The notes under the pieces are model-generated. The model ran no database searches. It was not told where the DNA came from and saw only the letters and a list, made by a program, of their open reading frames with translations. The position numbers and the translations under genes are program-made. This document shows, in pieces, positions 1-9,508 of a DNA stretch of 64,000 nucleotides. The stretch's first letter is position 1; the number at the start of each line of letters is the position of its first letter. The stretch is from a virus, in IMG/VR virus record IMGVR_UViG_3300010346_000998; one strand, 5' to 3'.

Positions 1-30
1 AATTCCTATTATGGATGGATTTACATGCAT

Positions 31-1398
31 TTAATCTTGTTTATTATATGTTCCAATAACCGTATTAAAATCATATGCTCTTAGCCATATTATTGCTTTT
101 TTACCTTTATTAATGCGGGTAGGCCAACTTCCCGCTACATTTATCCATTCAGAAGGAAATGATAAAGAAGCTGAATTTTCTCCTTCAAATGTATTATTAA
201 TATATAAAATAATATCAGCATATTGTCCATCTGAAGGATGGTCACTTGATGTAAAAGCATAAATTACAGACCCGGTTTTAAAATCTACAATTTGACTAGA
301 TGTAAGAAAACTACATGTTATCCAATGCATCGAAGAAGTATAAATTGTAGAATATAAAGAATAATTTGTAATAGAAATATATGAGGCTGTATTAGATATT
401 TCTGAGCTATAAGCATTTTCCGCATATGATGCACTTTCCGCATAAGATGCGGTCAAAGCATACGAAGCGGATTCAACGGACTCCACGTAAGATGCACTTT
501 CCGCATACGATGCGGACAAGGCATATGACGCGGACTCTACGGACTCCGCATATGATGCACTTTCCGCATAGGAAGCGGACAAGGCATACGAAGCGGACTC
601 TACTGTCTCCACGTAAGATGCACTTTCCGCATACGATGCGGACAAGGCATATGACGCGGACTCTACGGACTCCGCATATGATGCACTTTCCGCATAGGAA
701 GCGGACAAGGCATACGAAGCGGACTCTACTGTCTCCACGTAAGATGCACTTTCCGCATACGATGCGGACAAGGCATATGACGCGGACTCTACGGACTCCG
801 CATATGATGCACTTTCCGCATAGGAAGCGGACAAGGCATACGAAGCGGACTCTACTGTCTCCACGTAAGATGCACTTTCCGCATAGGAAGCGGACAAGGC
901 ATACGAAGCGGACTCTACTGTCTCCACGTAAGATGCACTTTCCGCATACGATGCGGACAAGGCATACGAAGCGGATTCAACGGACTCCGCATATGATGCA
1001 CTTTCCGCATAGGAAGCGGACAAGGCATACGAAGCGGACTCTACTGTCTCCACGTAAGATGCACTTTCCGCATACGATGCGGACAAGGCATACGAAGCGG
1101 ACTCTACGGACTCCGCATATGATGCGCTTTCCGCATAGGAAGCGGACAAGGCATACGAAGCGGATTCAACGGACTCCGCATATGATGCACTTTCCGCATA
1201 CGATGCGGTCAAAGCATAAGAGGAAGAAATTGTATTATTAGAAGATGCTTCCCAAAAAGAAGAAGTTGATATAATTACTAAATTTCCATATGAATCGGTA
1301 ACAACAACACCATTTTGTTGAGTACGAAGAGCATATTCTTCAAAAGTTTTATTTGCTGTTGCTCGTTCTAAAAAAATATCTTTTACATTATAATTCAT
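31..1398 (-). CDS. Repeat-rich putative virion structural/fibre protein (SASYA repeats)
   Basis: 455 aa ORF with 13 tandem 21-aa units SASYALSASYAESASY(AES/VET)VE and a compact C-terminal domain; lies directly downstream of the neck/tail-completion genes. Confidence 0.7.
   Translation of the reverse strand: MNYNVKDIFLERATANKTFEEYALRTQQNGVVVTDSYGNLVIISTSSFWEASSNNTISSSYALTASYAESASYAESVESASYALSASYAESASYAESVESASYALSASYAESASYVETVESASYALSASYAESASYAESVESASYALSASYAESASYVETVESASYALSASYAESASYVETVESASYALSASYAESASYAESVESASYALSASYAESASYVETVESASYALSASYAESASYAESVESASYALSASYAESASYVETVESASYALSASYAESASYAESVESASYALSASYAESASYVESVESASYALTASYAESASYAENAYSSEISNTASYISITNYSLYSTIYTSSMHWITCSFLTSSQIVDFKTGSVIYAFTSSDHPSDGQYADIILYINNTFEGENSASLSFPSEWINVAGSWPTRINKGKKAIIWLRAYDFNTVIGTYNKQD
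409..1227 (-). repeat. 13 x 63-nt coding tandem repeat
   Basis: Period 63 nt read from the sequence; units alternate irregularly between ...YAESVE and ...YVETVE variants. Confidence 0.95.
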
Positions 1399-1404
1399 AT
1401 TGTC

Positions 1405-2871
1405 TTATTGGGTCGTAGATAATACAAGTTTTGAAAATCCTTCGGGCGGATATCCTTCGGGAGACGGCTTTTCCAAGCAACTTGTTGTATTTGATTTAAG
1501 TGATGCTAATGCCACTCGCTTCCATTGTCCGCCTGTAAAGAGATAGAAATAATTAGTATCAAACATTACATCTCCCGGATGACCATTTGCACCCGAACCA
1601 AATTCGGACAAAGCAACTTTTCTCCACATTCCTTTACTATAAATATAGAAAAAATTATTATTAAATTCGATAGAGCCTGGGGTTCCAAATAGAGGCATAC
1701 CGTCTTCACATGAGTTTGTGAATTCTGAAATAGCTACCCATTTCCATTGGTGGTCAATATGAACATATAAATATTTATCGTCATAAGATATATCTCCGTC
1801 TTGACCGCCTGCGTTTTGAGAAGTAGGAACGGGAACAATTCGCAAAAACAAAGGAGAATTATCTACTTTAATTCCTACGTGGGGGCCGGCCTCAAGGAAA
1901 CTATTATCTTTAATTGTTGTATCTACTGTTATACCGGGTTCGGGAATAACAGTATCATATCTTAAATTGGGATATTTTGGACTTCTCCATTTTTCTTGAT
2001 AATTTAATTGTTGTGATAATTCAAAATCTGATTTAACGACTTCTATACCCATAATAAATTTTTTCTTAGTCATTCGTTTTTGGGTAGTCATTTTATGACG
2101 TTCTAAATGAGTTACTGTATCGGGCAAGATATATCCATGAGTACGTAAATCAAATTCGGTTTTTACAGAACGTTCGTCGCCAGATTGAATTTCAATATTA
2201 TGAGTATAATTTCCTTCAATATTTACACGAAATCGAAATCCTTTTTTACTGCCCCAGTAATCTTGAGTATTATAAAGAATGGTTTGTATTACTTCGTTCA
2301 TTTGTTCAACTAAAGCAGTCCATACAATACAATGGTAAGTAAGAATCATATGTTTAGGAACAAGGACATTAAAAATTTCATTAACGGGTGCATTTTGTCC
2401 CGTCAGCGCACTAAATTTGGTATATTTATTTTTTTCAGAATATAATTTTATAGATGGGGTATCAAGATATCGGTTAAAAAACATTAGAGATTGGTCATTT
2501 TCTGAATTAGACCTTTTAATAATCATGGCGGGTTGCATGATTTTACCTTGTTTATCTCTGATATATCCATCTCTTTGAGCCGAGACCCATCGCTCCGGTG
2601 GTCCAAAGAAAATGGGAACATTAACTCGTTTTCCTATATCTGTAATTTGAATTTGGAGTCGTTGGAGATGAGTAAGAATAGTTTCATCTATATCATAAAA
2701 AGTGATAGTGAAATCTTTTTGATTATCTTTATCACGCCGTACTTGTTCAGCTCGGTTATTACTAACGAAAGCAGTGGGGTCATTGTCAGTGATAAATTTT
2801 TCACTTCGTTCAATAGTTTCTTTAACCGCATTTGGAGCGGGATTTTTTATATTGCCTTGCCAGCGACCCAT
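1405..2871 (-). CDS. T4 gp15-like tail terminator/sheath stabiliser with a C-terminal triple repeat
   Basis: VPIFFGPPERW...QPAMIIKR and VPKHMILTYHCIVWT resemble gp15-family motifs; follows gp13- and gp14-like genes; C-terminus has 3 x G-x-x-G-x-[IV]-x-[YF]-[DN]-x-x-[YF]-x-Y...W[KR]xVA. Confidence 0.65.
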   Translation of the reverse strand: MGRWQGNIKNPAPNAVKETIERSEKFITDNDPTAFVSNNRAEQVRRDKDNQKDFTITFYDIDETILTHLQRLQIQITDIGKRVNVPIFFGPPERWVSAQRDGYIRDKQGKIMQPAMIIKRSNSENDQSLMFFNRYLDTPSIKLYSEKNKYTKFSALTGQNAPVNEIFNVLVPKHMILTYHCIVWTALVEQMNEVIQTILYNTQDYWGSKKGFRFRVNIEGNYTHNIEIQSGDERSVKTEFDLRTHGYILPDTVTHLERHKMTTQKRMTKKKFIMGIEVVKSDFELSQQLNYQEKWRSPKYPNLRYDTVIPEPGITVDTTIKDNSFLEAGPHVGIKVDNSPLFLRIVPVPTSQNAGGQDGDISYDDKYLYVHIDHQWKWVAISEFTNSCEDGMPLFGTPGSIEFNNNFFYIYSKGMWRKVALSEFGSGANGHPGDVMFDTNYFYLFTGGQWKRVALASLKSNTTSCLEKPSPEGYPPEGFSKLVLSTTQ

Positions 2872-2874
2872 AGA

Positions 2875-3348
2875 TTATGACTGCCTTTCTACCAAATCAA
2901 TTTTGCTAAGACTGGTATAATGAGTATTTACAATTATACTAAAGGATTTATCTGGAATTCCTCCTAAAAATTGTTCTTGAACTATATCATCTACTTCATG
3001 ATAACGGTCATTAAAATGTACTAAATCTCCTGTTTGAGGATAAAAATTAAGAGCTTGTAAATCTTTTTCCATGAATTTAAAAACTACATTTTGTTTACGG
3101 TCGGGTCCAAAATCATCGGCATCAGTAGAAATATCGGCCCGGTCAACCAAACAAACTAATTGTACGGGTGGGTAATATTGTTTACCTGATTTGGCACTGC
3201 TTTCACCATAGATATTTATTTTTGTAGCATCCGCACACATTTTAAAACAAAGTACTTCTGTTTGAATAACATCGCCTAATAATTCATCATTAATACCATT
3301 GATGAATGAAATGTCTCTTTCTGAAAAATATCTTCCGGGTAAATTCAT
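2875..3348 (-). CDS. T4 gp14-like neck / head-closure protein
   Basis: NIYGES...YYPPV motif and GDLVHF; synteny between gp13- and gp15-like genes; start moved to the ATG at 3348, just after the upstream stop. Confidence 0.65.
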   Translation of the reverse strand: MNLPGRYFSERDISFINGINDELLGDVIQTEVLCFKMCADATKINIYGESSAKSGKQYYPPVQLVCLVDRADISTDADDFGPDRKQNVVFKFMEKDLQALNFYPQTGDLVHFNDRYHEVDDIVQEQFLGGIPDKSFSIIVNTHYTSLSKIDLVERQS

Positions 3349-3350
3349 AT

Positions 3351-4556
3351 TTATATACCAATAATTATTGCACAAAACATCCAAAGGCCCACATAAATAA
3401 GTAAAGGAACTCCCTTTAATGTATTTTGAATTTGTTCAGACATTGCTGCTTGTTTTTCTATTTGGCTGAACCTTCCCGCTGCCTCGAGTTGTTCTTTCAA
3501 AATATCTAACAGACGTTCCTTGGTTTGTTGTGCTTCCGAGCGAAGTTCGGCTCCATCAAGAGTCACTTCACCTCCGGGAATTGGAATAACTTGATGCTTT
3601 TGTCGAATAGCTCCAAGAATTTCTTTACAATTAGCAAGGAAATAATCTCGAATCCATTGTTTTCCAGCGTCATTAATGGTTGAATAAGGATGATTTACAT
3701 ATGGTATATTTGCAAAATCTGATGAAACTTGTCCCGCAGACCCGGCTGGAGAAAGAGCAGATGCTTCATATCTTTCTCGTTCATTAATATATTCAATCCA
3801 TAATTTAAAGCTAGTAGTTGGAATTGGCATAATTCGAAGCCGATTATTTACCATTTCAAATGAAAAAGCTGATTTACGAACCAAATCATTAAATTGTATG
3901 GCTTGTCCTCGCAGTAAATCTTCAAAAATTGGTGTCATTAAAAATTGAACGGCCGGAGAATACGCACCAAATCCTAGCTCTTGTAAAACGTTAGAATAGC
4001 TCATACCCGTCATAGAAAACGGGTCATAGATACGAGCAAAAGCGGGGGGGCGATAATGAAATACTCTTTTAACTTCAATACGGTCACAATTTTCAAAAAC
4101 ATCTCCTATAAGAGCCTGTAAATCGTAATCTTGTTGCATCGGATTAATTTGAATACTTACCTTTTTCCAATCAATTTTTCCGCCCGTTCCTGCTTCAGAC
4201 CCATAATCTTTAGCAATATTTATAATTTGTGTAAGGCCAGACCCTTGTACAACCCTCCCCGTAATACTTGTATTTCGATTAAGCCCCTGTAAAGCCAACA
4301 TATTATTAATCATATTGTACTCATTAACTTTGGCATTATAAACGTTACAGGCTTCTTCAAAAGCAGCATAAAACTGTATATCTATCATTTCAATAGCAAC
4401 GGTAGGATACCCGAGCCGGCGAGCAGCCCAAATCATAGAATTATAACAATCTTTTTGAAATTGGGGGTCGTTGTCATACATACCAAAGGCAGTATTTCCT
4501 GCGACGGCTGACCCGCTACCAGGAAAACGAATTAGAGCTTGATTACTTATGGCCAT
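3351..4556 (-). CDS. T4 gp13-like neck / head-tail connector protein
   Basis: ARRLGYPTVAIEM...FEEACNVY and WIRDYFLANCKEILG.IRQK...IPGGEVTLDG match recalled gp13 motifs (RRLGAP...; WVKDY...PGGVTIDG). Confidence 0.8.
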   Translation of the reverse strand: MAISNQALIRFPGSGSAVAGNTAFGMYDNDPQFQKDCYNSMIWAARRLGYPTVAIEMIDIQFYAAFEEACNVYNAKVNEYNMINNMLALQGLNRNTSITGRVVQGSGLTQIINIAKDYGSEAGTGGKIDWKKVSIQINPMQQDYDLQALIGDVFENCDRIEVKRVFHYRPPAFARIYDPFSMTGMSYSNVLQELGFGAYSPAVQFLMTPIFEDLLRGQAIQFNDLVRKSAFSFEMVNNRLRIMPIPTTSFKLWIEYINERERYEASALSPAGSAGQVSSDFANIPYVNHPYSTINDAGKQWIRDYFLANCKEILGAIRQKHQVIPIPGGEVTLDGAELRSEAQQTKERLLDILKEQLEAAGRFSQIEKQAAMSEQIQNTLKGVPLLIYVGLWMFCAIIIGI

Positions 4557-4585
4557 AAAATTATTATCTATAAAATTCTCTTTCT

Positions 4586-4593
4586 TATAAATA
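4586..4593 (-). promoter_or_regulatory. TATTTATA upstream motif (putative late promoter) for the neck operon
   Basis: Reads TATTTATA on the coding strand about 30 nt upstream of the gp13-like start; recurrent, strand-oriented motif. Confidence 0.5.
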
Positions 4594-4701
4594 TAAAGAC
4601 ATGTAATTAAGAGAAAACATTTTGATATTACTATAATAACTTATTTGTGATAATAAATAAAACATCTTCTTTAAAATGAAATATTTAGCAATTTATTTTT
4701 C

Positions 4702-4709
4702 TATTTATA
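4702..4709 (+). promoter_or_regulatory. TATTTATA upstream motif for the + strand effector operon
   Basis: TATTTATA on the + strand 18 nt upstream of ATG 4728. Confidence 0.5.
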
Positions 4710-4727
4710 TTATATCTATTAACCTAT

Positions 4728-6110
4728 ATGAAATTTTTACCATATAAATTATATCTTAATGAAGATGAAGATGAAGATGAATATAACGATTTAGATTCCT
4801 CCAGTATTAATAAAAAATATTGGGACGATGGGCGGGGAGCAGTAGGAGGCATTTTTATTGCCGAAGACACGGGTCGTATTTTGTTGGCCCATCGTAGTAG
4901 CGAAGTTGATTTTGAACCTCTTACATGGGGAACTTGGGGAGGAAAAATAGATAAAAATGAATCGCCCGAAAATGCTCTTATAAGAGAAATTAAAGAAGAA
5001 ACTAAATATAATGGAAATTATAAAATAGTTTATCTTTGGACTTTTACTGATAAAAAATATAACTTTAAATGTCATAATTATCTTATACTTGTCCCATTTC
5101 AATTTTATCCTCGACTTAATTGGGAAAATGATAATTTTAAATGGGTAGAATGGGGAAAATGGCCTTATCCAATGCATTTTGGACTAGAAGAGCTCATTAA
5201 AAATGCTGGACAATCACTTATAAAAATTATAGAGTTGATTAAACAAAAACAATCCAATATGCACGAATCTATAGATATGCCACCAGCTATAGTGCAAGTT
5301 GTATCAACTACTTCACCTAAAACTTATAATATTACAAATGAATATATTTTAGCTGCAACTTTATGGAAGGAAGCTCGAGGTGAAGGCGAACGGGGAATGC
5401 AAGCTGTAATGAATGTTATTATGAATAGAGCTAAAGGAGATTTTAAAAAAGCCAAAGATATTGCATTAGCTTCTAAACAATTTTCGGCTTGGAATAATAT
5501 ATCTAATCCAGAACAAGTAGCTTTAACATTTGCTAAACAAGTTAAAAATGATGAACAGTGGAAACAAGCTATTAAAATTGTATATCAAGCATCTAAAGGT
5601 AACCTTCCTGATATTACAAAAGGAGCCATATGTTATTTTAATCCAAAATTAGTACATCCATCATGGATGAGAAGTATGATAAAAACTACAGAAATTGGGA
5701 ATCATTCTTTTTATAAACCTAATAATACTATAAAAAAGAAAAAATCTACTTCTATGCGTGAAGAAATTGAAACTCAAGATTTAAATCAGATTACAATCCA
5801 AAAAAAATCTTTGGTTGGGGATGGTATTTGGGAATATGAATTAAAAACTCCAAAATCATATTTAAGATATAGATATGAGCCAGTTGCCCGTATATTTTAT
5901 CTTGATAATATTTGTACTCCTAAACAAGAAGATAAAAATAAAGGATATGCTAAATCTCTTTTAGAATCTTTTTTTCGTCTTATTAAAAAATACGGTGGAG
6001 TTTTAGATACAGGTCCTTATACAACATCTGGTACATCTTATATAAAACATGTTGTTGAAAGATTATCAAAACAATATGGAGTAAGGATTGTAAAAGGAAA
6101 TTATGATTAA
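4728..6110 (+). CDS. Nudix hydrolase + SleB-type cell-wall hydrolase + GNAT-like fusion protein
   Basis: Nudix box GGKIDKNESPENALIREIKEET; Hydrolase_2 motifs ATLWKEARGE...AVMNVIMNR, KQFSAWN and IGNHSFYK; C-terminal YLDNI...NKGYAKSLL resembles the GNAT acetyl-CoA loop. Confidence 0.8.
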   Translation: MKFLPYKLYLNEDEDEDEYNDLDSSSINKKYWDDGRGAVGGIFIAEDTGRILLAHRSSEVDFEPLTWGTWGGKIDKNESPENALIREIKEETKYNGNYKIVYLWTFTDKKYNFKCHNYLILVPFQFYPRLNWENDNFKWVEWGKWPYPMHFGLEELIKNAGQSLIKIIELIKQKQSNMHESIDMPPAIVQVVSTTSPKTYNITNEYILAATLWKEARGEGERGMQAVMNVIMNRAKGDFKKAKDIALASKQFSAWNNISNPEQVALTFAKQVKNDEQWKQAIKIVYQASKGNLPDITKGAICYFNPKLVHPSWMRSMIKTTEIGNHSFYKPNNTIKKKKSTSMREEIETQDLNQITIQKKSLVGDGIWEYELKTPKSYLRYRYEPVARIFYLDNICTPKQEDKNKGYAKSLLESFFRLIKKYGGVLDTGPYTTSGTSYIKHVVERLSKQYGVRIVKGNYD

Positions 6111-8217
6111 GCTTAAAAATATTTTGGAATTTAGCTGGTGTGATAAAGATTATGGCGGAATTCCACCCGGAGGAGGATTTGGATATAATACTGAATATGA
6201 AGTGGGGTTACAAACAATTTTGGAAGCTGCTCATTGTATTCTTGGTTCTATTGACCGCAGTTTAGGGAAATCTACCTCTATTACATCAACCGAAGCAGAA
6301 CATATAGCTCAAGAAATATACATTATAAAAAAGACTCTTTTAGAATATGGCAAGCCTCTTTATTTAAATTTACAACGTAATGAATTTTCACAAAATATTA
6401 TATCTAATTTAATTAATGTTTCTCAAAAAATTTCTCCATCAGTAAAAAAATATATGAATTCTTTTTCAAATTTAAAAGATAAGATTGATAAAATTACTTT
6501 TGAAATTGGAATGGAAACTTATCGTTTTGCTTTAATGGTTTATTCCGCCGCGGCTAAAACATTTGAAGAAACTCCTCCTAAATCAGCATTTCGAGATATA
6601 GGAGTTTGGAATTCTTTTGAAAAATTAGATAAATTAATAAATTTCCTTACATCAAAAGATAAATCTTTACTTACAGAAGCAATAACCGATGAACAAGCCA
6701 AAGCGGCAATAGACTTTTTAAAGGAAAAAGTTAATACAGGGCCATTTAAAAATATGGTTTATTTGGCCGGCGGCCCTGTTCGAGATATGATTATGGGAAA
6801 AACTCCCAAGGATATTGATTTAACTATAGTCAGCAATTCTATTTTTGGAGCTTTAAAATTTACTTCATGGTTAGCTAAAGAAATGGGTAATTATAAGGGA
6901 CCAACTACGCCCCCGCCAACTTTTCCATCTCATATTGAAGTCGATGATTATGGTGCGCCTAAATCTACTCCTTTAGAAAATGACCCCGCCTTTATTAAAG
7001 CAGTTAAAGATTATAATAATTATTATTCATTATATTCTAATCCTGTTGTTTTTCCGAGATTTGGAACCGCTAAAGTTGATTTAACGGGGATTTATAATGG
7101 AGTAAACTTAGAAGGCGTGGATGTAGAAGCAGTTTCGGCTCGTAAAGAATTTTATGAAAAAGGTAATCGAAAACCGATTAAGGTTCTTCCCGGAACATTG
7201 TCCGATGATGTTTTTCGCCGAGATTTTCGTTGTAACAGTTTGATGTTAGATTTAACATCCGGGCAAATACACGACTTAACTGGGGAGGGAATTAATGATA
7301 TTAAAAAAGGGAAACTTGTTACTACTTCGGACCCCGAAATTATTTTTAGGGAAGACCCTTTACGAATGTTACGTGCCATTCGATTTATGGTTCAAAAAGG
7401 ATTTTCCCTTTCTAAAGAAACCGAAGAAAATATCAAGAAAAATGCAGAGTGGCTTAAATTTATTTCTCGGGAACGAATTCGTGATGAGTTAGATAAAATA
7501 ATTGTTACCAAAGACCCAAGCACCGCTTTTCGAAAATTAAACGAATTGGGATTATTAAAATATGTTTCTCCGGAACTAGCTCAAATGATTGGCATGACGC
7601 AAAATGCTCATCATACCGATGATGTATTTGACCATACAATGGCAGTTCTTGATAAAACACCGCCTGAATTAATTCGTAGGCGAATGGCTCTTTTTCATGA
7701 TATTGGCAAGCTTGTTACGCGCACCGTAACAAAAACCGGAGTTCATTTTTATGGACACGAAGAGGCCGGACCCGACGTTATTCAAAAGGTTATGTCGAAT
7801 CTTAAATATCCACAAATAGATATTGACGCGGTTAAACTTGGGTGTAAATATCATATGAAATTAAAACACGGAGGCGATGATGCTTCAAAATTATCTGACG
7901 CCACTCTGCGCGAATTTAAAATTGAAATGGGAGAGTATTTAGAACATTTATTGGATGTTATACATGCTGATAATATATCTCATGCGGATTCTTCAACTAT
8001 GCCCGGACAAATTGAAATGGTTCGGCAACGTTTGCGACAAGAAAATATGAAAATGGATAAAGTAACTCTTCCTATTACAGGAGAAGATTTAATTGCTATG
8101 GGTATAGAACCCGGTCCGCGTATTGGAAAAATTATGAAATCTCTTCGTAAAGCGTGGTATAAAAATCCTTATATGACAAAACAACAAGCATTGAATATTG
8201 CTAAAGGAATACGGTAA
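6103..8217 (+). CDS. cca: CCA-adding tRNA nucleotidyltransferase (class II) with HD domain and N-terminal leader/extension
   Basis: LAGGPVRD...DIDL, RRDF, EDPLRMLRAIRF, ISRERIRDEL, HD-domain DHT...LFHDIGK and C-terminal ITGEDL...GPRIG; the first ~190 aa are an extra region starting MIKLKNILE. Confidence 0.9.
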   Translation: MIKLKNILEFSWCDKDYGGIPPGGGFGYNTEYEVGLQTILEAAHCILGSIDRSLGKSTSITSTEAEHIAQEIYIIKKTLLEYGKPLYLNLQRNEFSQNIISNLINVSQKISPSVKKYMNSFSNLKDKIDKITFEIGMETYRFALMVYSAAAKTFEETPPKSAFRDIGVWNSFEKLDKLINFLTSKDKSLLTEAITDEQAKAAIDFLKEKVNTGPFKNMVYLAGGPVRDMIMGKTPKDIDLTIVSNSIFGALKFTSWLAKEMGNYKGPTTPPPTFPSHIEVDDYGAPKSTPLENDPAFIKAVKDYNNYYSLYSNPVVFPRFGTAKVDLTGIYNGVNLEGVDVEAVSARKEFYEKGNRKPIKVLPGTLSDDVFRRDFRCNSLMLDLTSGQIHDLTGEGINDIKKGKLVTTSDPEIIFREDPLRMLRAIRFMVQKGFSLSKETEENIKKNAEWLKFISRERIRDELDKIIVTKDPSTAFRKLNELGLLKYVSPELAQMIGMTQNAHHTDDVFDHTMAVLDKTPPELIRRRMALFHDIGKLVTRTVTKTGVHFYGHEEAGPDVIQKVMSNLKYPQIDIDAVKLGCKYHMKLKHGGDDASKLSDATLREFKIEMGEYLEHLLDVIHADNISHADSSTMPGQIEMVRQRLRQENMKMDKVTLPITGEDLIAMGIEPGPRIGKIMKSLRKAWYKNPYMTKQQALNIAKGIR

Positions 8218-8218
8218 T

Positions 8219-8941
8219 ATGATAAAGCTTAAATCTATTTTAAGAGAAAATGAACAATTAAATATTACTATTGAAGATGTTGAATCTCTTATAGCAAGTA
8301 AATGGACTAGCCAGGATGTTATTAGTTTATTAAGAACTATCGAAGAATTTTATTATTCGGATAATCCTAAAGAAAATGGATGGGCCAAAGATTATTTGAA
8401 TTTATTAAATGAAGTTATGACTAAGGTTATTAAATTGACTAAAAATTTAAATGTTCCTCATATCAATATAAAATTTATTAAAAATAATTTACTGGAACAA
8501 CAAGGAGAATTTAAATTTAAAGTAGAAGAATTTTTTCCATTTCCTGTTTATGTTTCTGCCAAACCAAATGTAGATGGATATTGGGCAGAAATAGGAATAT
8601 TAATAGACCAAAATGGAAAAGTATTAGAAATTTTTGAAGGCAATGATGAAGCTTCAGTTGAAACAATACAATTAGTAAATCAATTGGTTAATCCCGCCGG
8701 AAAATCGGTTCGTATATATGGATTACATAATACTAATTTATGTCATAAAATAAAAGAAGAAGGGTATTTGCCTCCTAATTTATATGTATCGCCCGATAAA
8801 GAACATGCTAGCCGACATTGGGACAATACAGATAGGTCTATGTTTACAGGAATGGTTAATATTAATGATTTATCTCAAGAAAGCGAAATAGATTGGAAAA
8901 CCATTAAAAAAACTAAAATAGATAAATTTAAATGGATATGA
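8219..8941 (+). CDS. MIKL-leader protein with degenerate ADP-ribosyltransferase-like C-terminal domain
   Basis: Starts MIKLKSILRE at ATG 8219, just after the upstream stop; C-terminal RIYGLH...IKEEGYLP..LYVSP...HA pattern resembles ART strands. Confidence 0.5.
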   Translation: MIKLKSILRENEQLNITIEDVESLIASKWTSQDVISLLRTIEEFYYSDNPKENGWAKDYLNLLNEVMTKVIKLTKNLNVPHINIKFIKNNLLEQQGEFKFKVEEFFPFPVYVSAKPNVDGYWAEIGILIDQNGKVLEIFEGNDEASVETIQLVNQLVNPAGKSVRIYGLHNTNLCHKIKEEGYLPPNLYVSPDKEHASRHWDNTDRSMFTGMVNINDLSQESEIDWKTIKKTKIDKFKWI

Positions 8942-9315
8942 TAAAATTAAAAAATGTCATTTTAGAAAGGCGTATAAAAATATACCGGGGAGTATCTTAT
9001 TCAAATGAGGGAGGAGAATTTTATGCTACGTCTATAGAACAGGCACGTGGATATTCGTTAACAGGAAAAGAGATAGAAACAGCTGAAATCGACTCTAGTA
9101 GAATTTATCGAGCTCCTAAGCTTCCATTCGGCGGAGATGAAAGAGAAATAGAATCGGCAATTGAACAAGCCAATGAAAATGGGTATTCTGCTTTCTGGGT
9201 ATATGAAGGACAATTTGAGGCTCCTTCTATTTATGTTATAAATCCAGATATTCTATTTAATAGAAAATCAATTAAACTTCCTCCGCAAAGAAGAAAAAAA
9301 CATAAAGAAATTTAA
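8938..9315 (+). CDS. MIKL-leader protein, ADP-ribosyltransferase-like domain
   Basis: MIKLKNVILE leader (ATGA overlap with upstream stop); IYRG...GEFYATSIEQARGY pattern typical of phage ART folds. Confidence 0.6.
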   Translation: MIKLKNVILERRIKIYRGVSYSNEGGEFYATSIEQARGYSLTGKEIETAEIDSSRIYRAPKLPFGGDEREIESAIEQANENGYSAFWVYEGQFEAPSIYVINPDILFNRKSIKLPPQRRKKHKEI

Positions 9316-9316
9316 T

Positions 9317-9508
9317 ATGTTAAAATTAAAAAATATTATTTTAGAACAATATATAGAAATATATCGGGGGCCGGGCAAAAAGCTGAACGCCCCCGCCGCC
9401 GAACTATTTATATCTTTTTGTGGTGGCGATACTTGGGGTGACGTGTCTTCTCAAAAAGCTCGATTTTTCAAGAATGCAATACAAAAATTTAACGAGATAT
9501 GGCAATAA
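9317..9508 (+). pseudogene. Short MIKL-leader ORF; probable truncated or frameshifted ART-like paralogue
   Basis: MLKLKNIILEQYIEIYRG parallels the previous gene, then diverges and stops at 63 aa; a shifted frame continues FSRMQYKNLTRYGNKFKGIINKSYI to 9543. Confidence 0.4.

Noticed and set aside
1-30. Start of a further minus-strand gene (MHVNPSIIGI...)
   Set aside because: Only 10 codons visible at the window edge; cannot be supported
409-1227. CRISPR-like array
   Set aside because: Units are contiguous in-frame coding repeats without unique spacers; no cas genes in the window
426-1241. 271-aa + strand ORF (MMHFPH... repeats)
   Set aside because: Antisense shadow of the 63-nt repeat, with no start context; the minus-strand ORF has unique flanks and fits the operon
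3348-3355. Canonical T4 late promoter TATAAATA upstream of the gp14-like gene
   Set aside because: Overlaps the A of the start codon and the upstream stop, leaving no room for a transcription start; likely just AT-rich start context
6103-8217. Poly(A) polymerase (pcnB) call
   Set aside because: Lacks the PAP-specific GRRF-type signature and has the HD domain and RxE loop typical of CCA-adding enzymes
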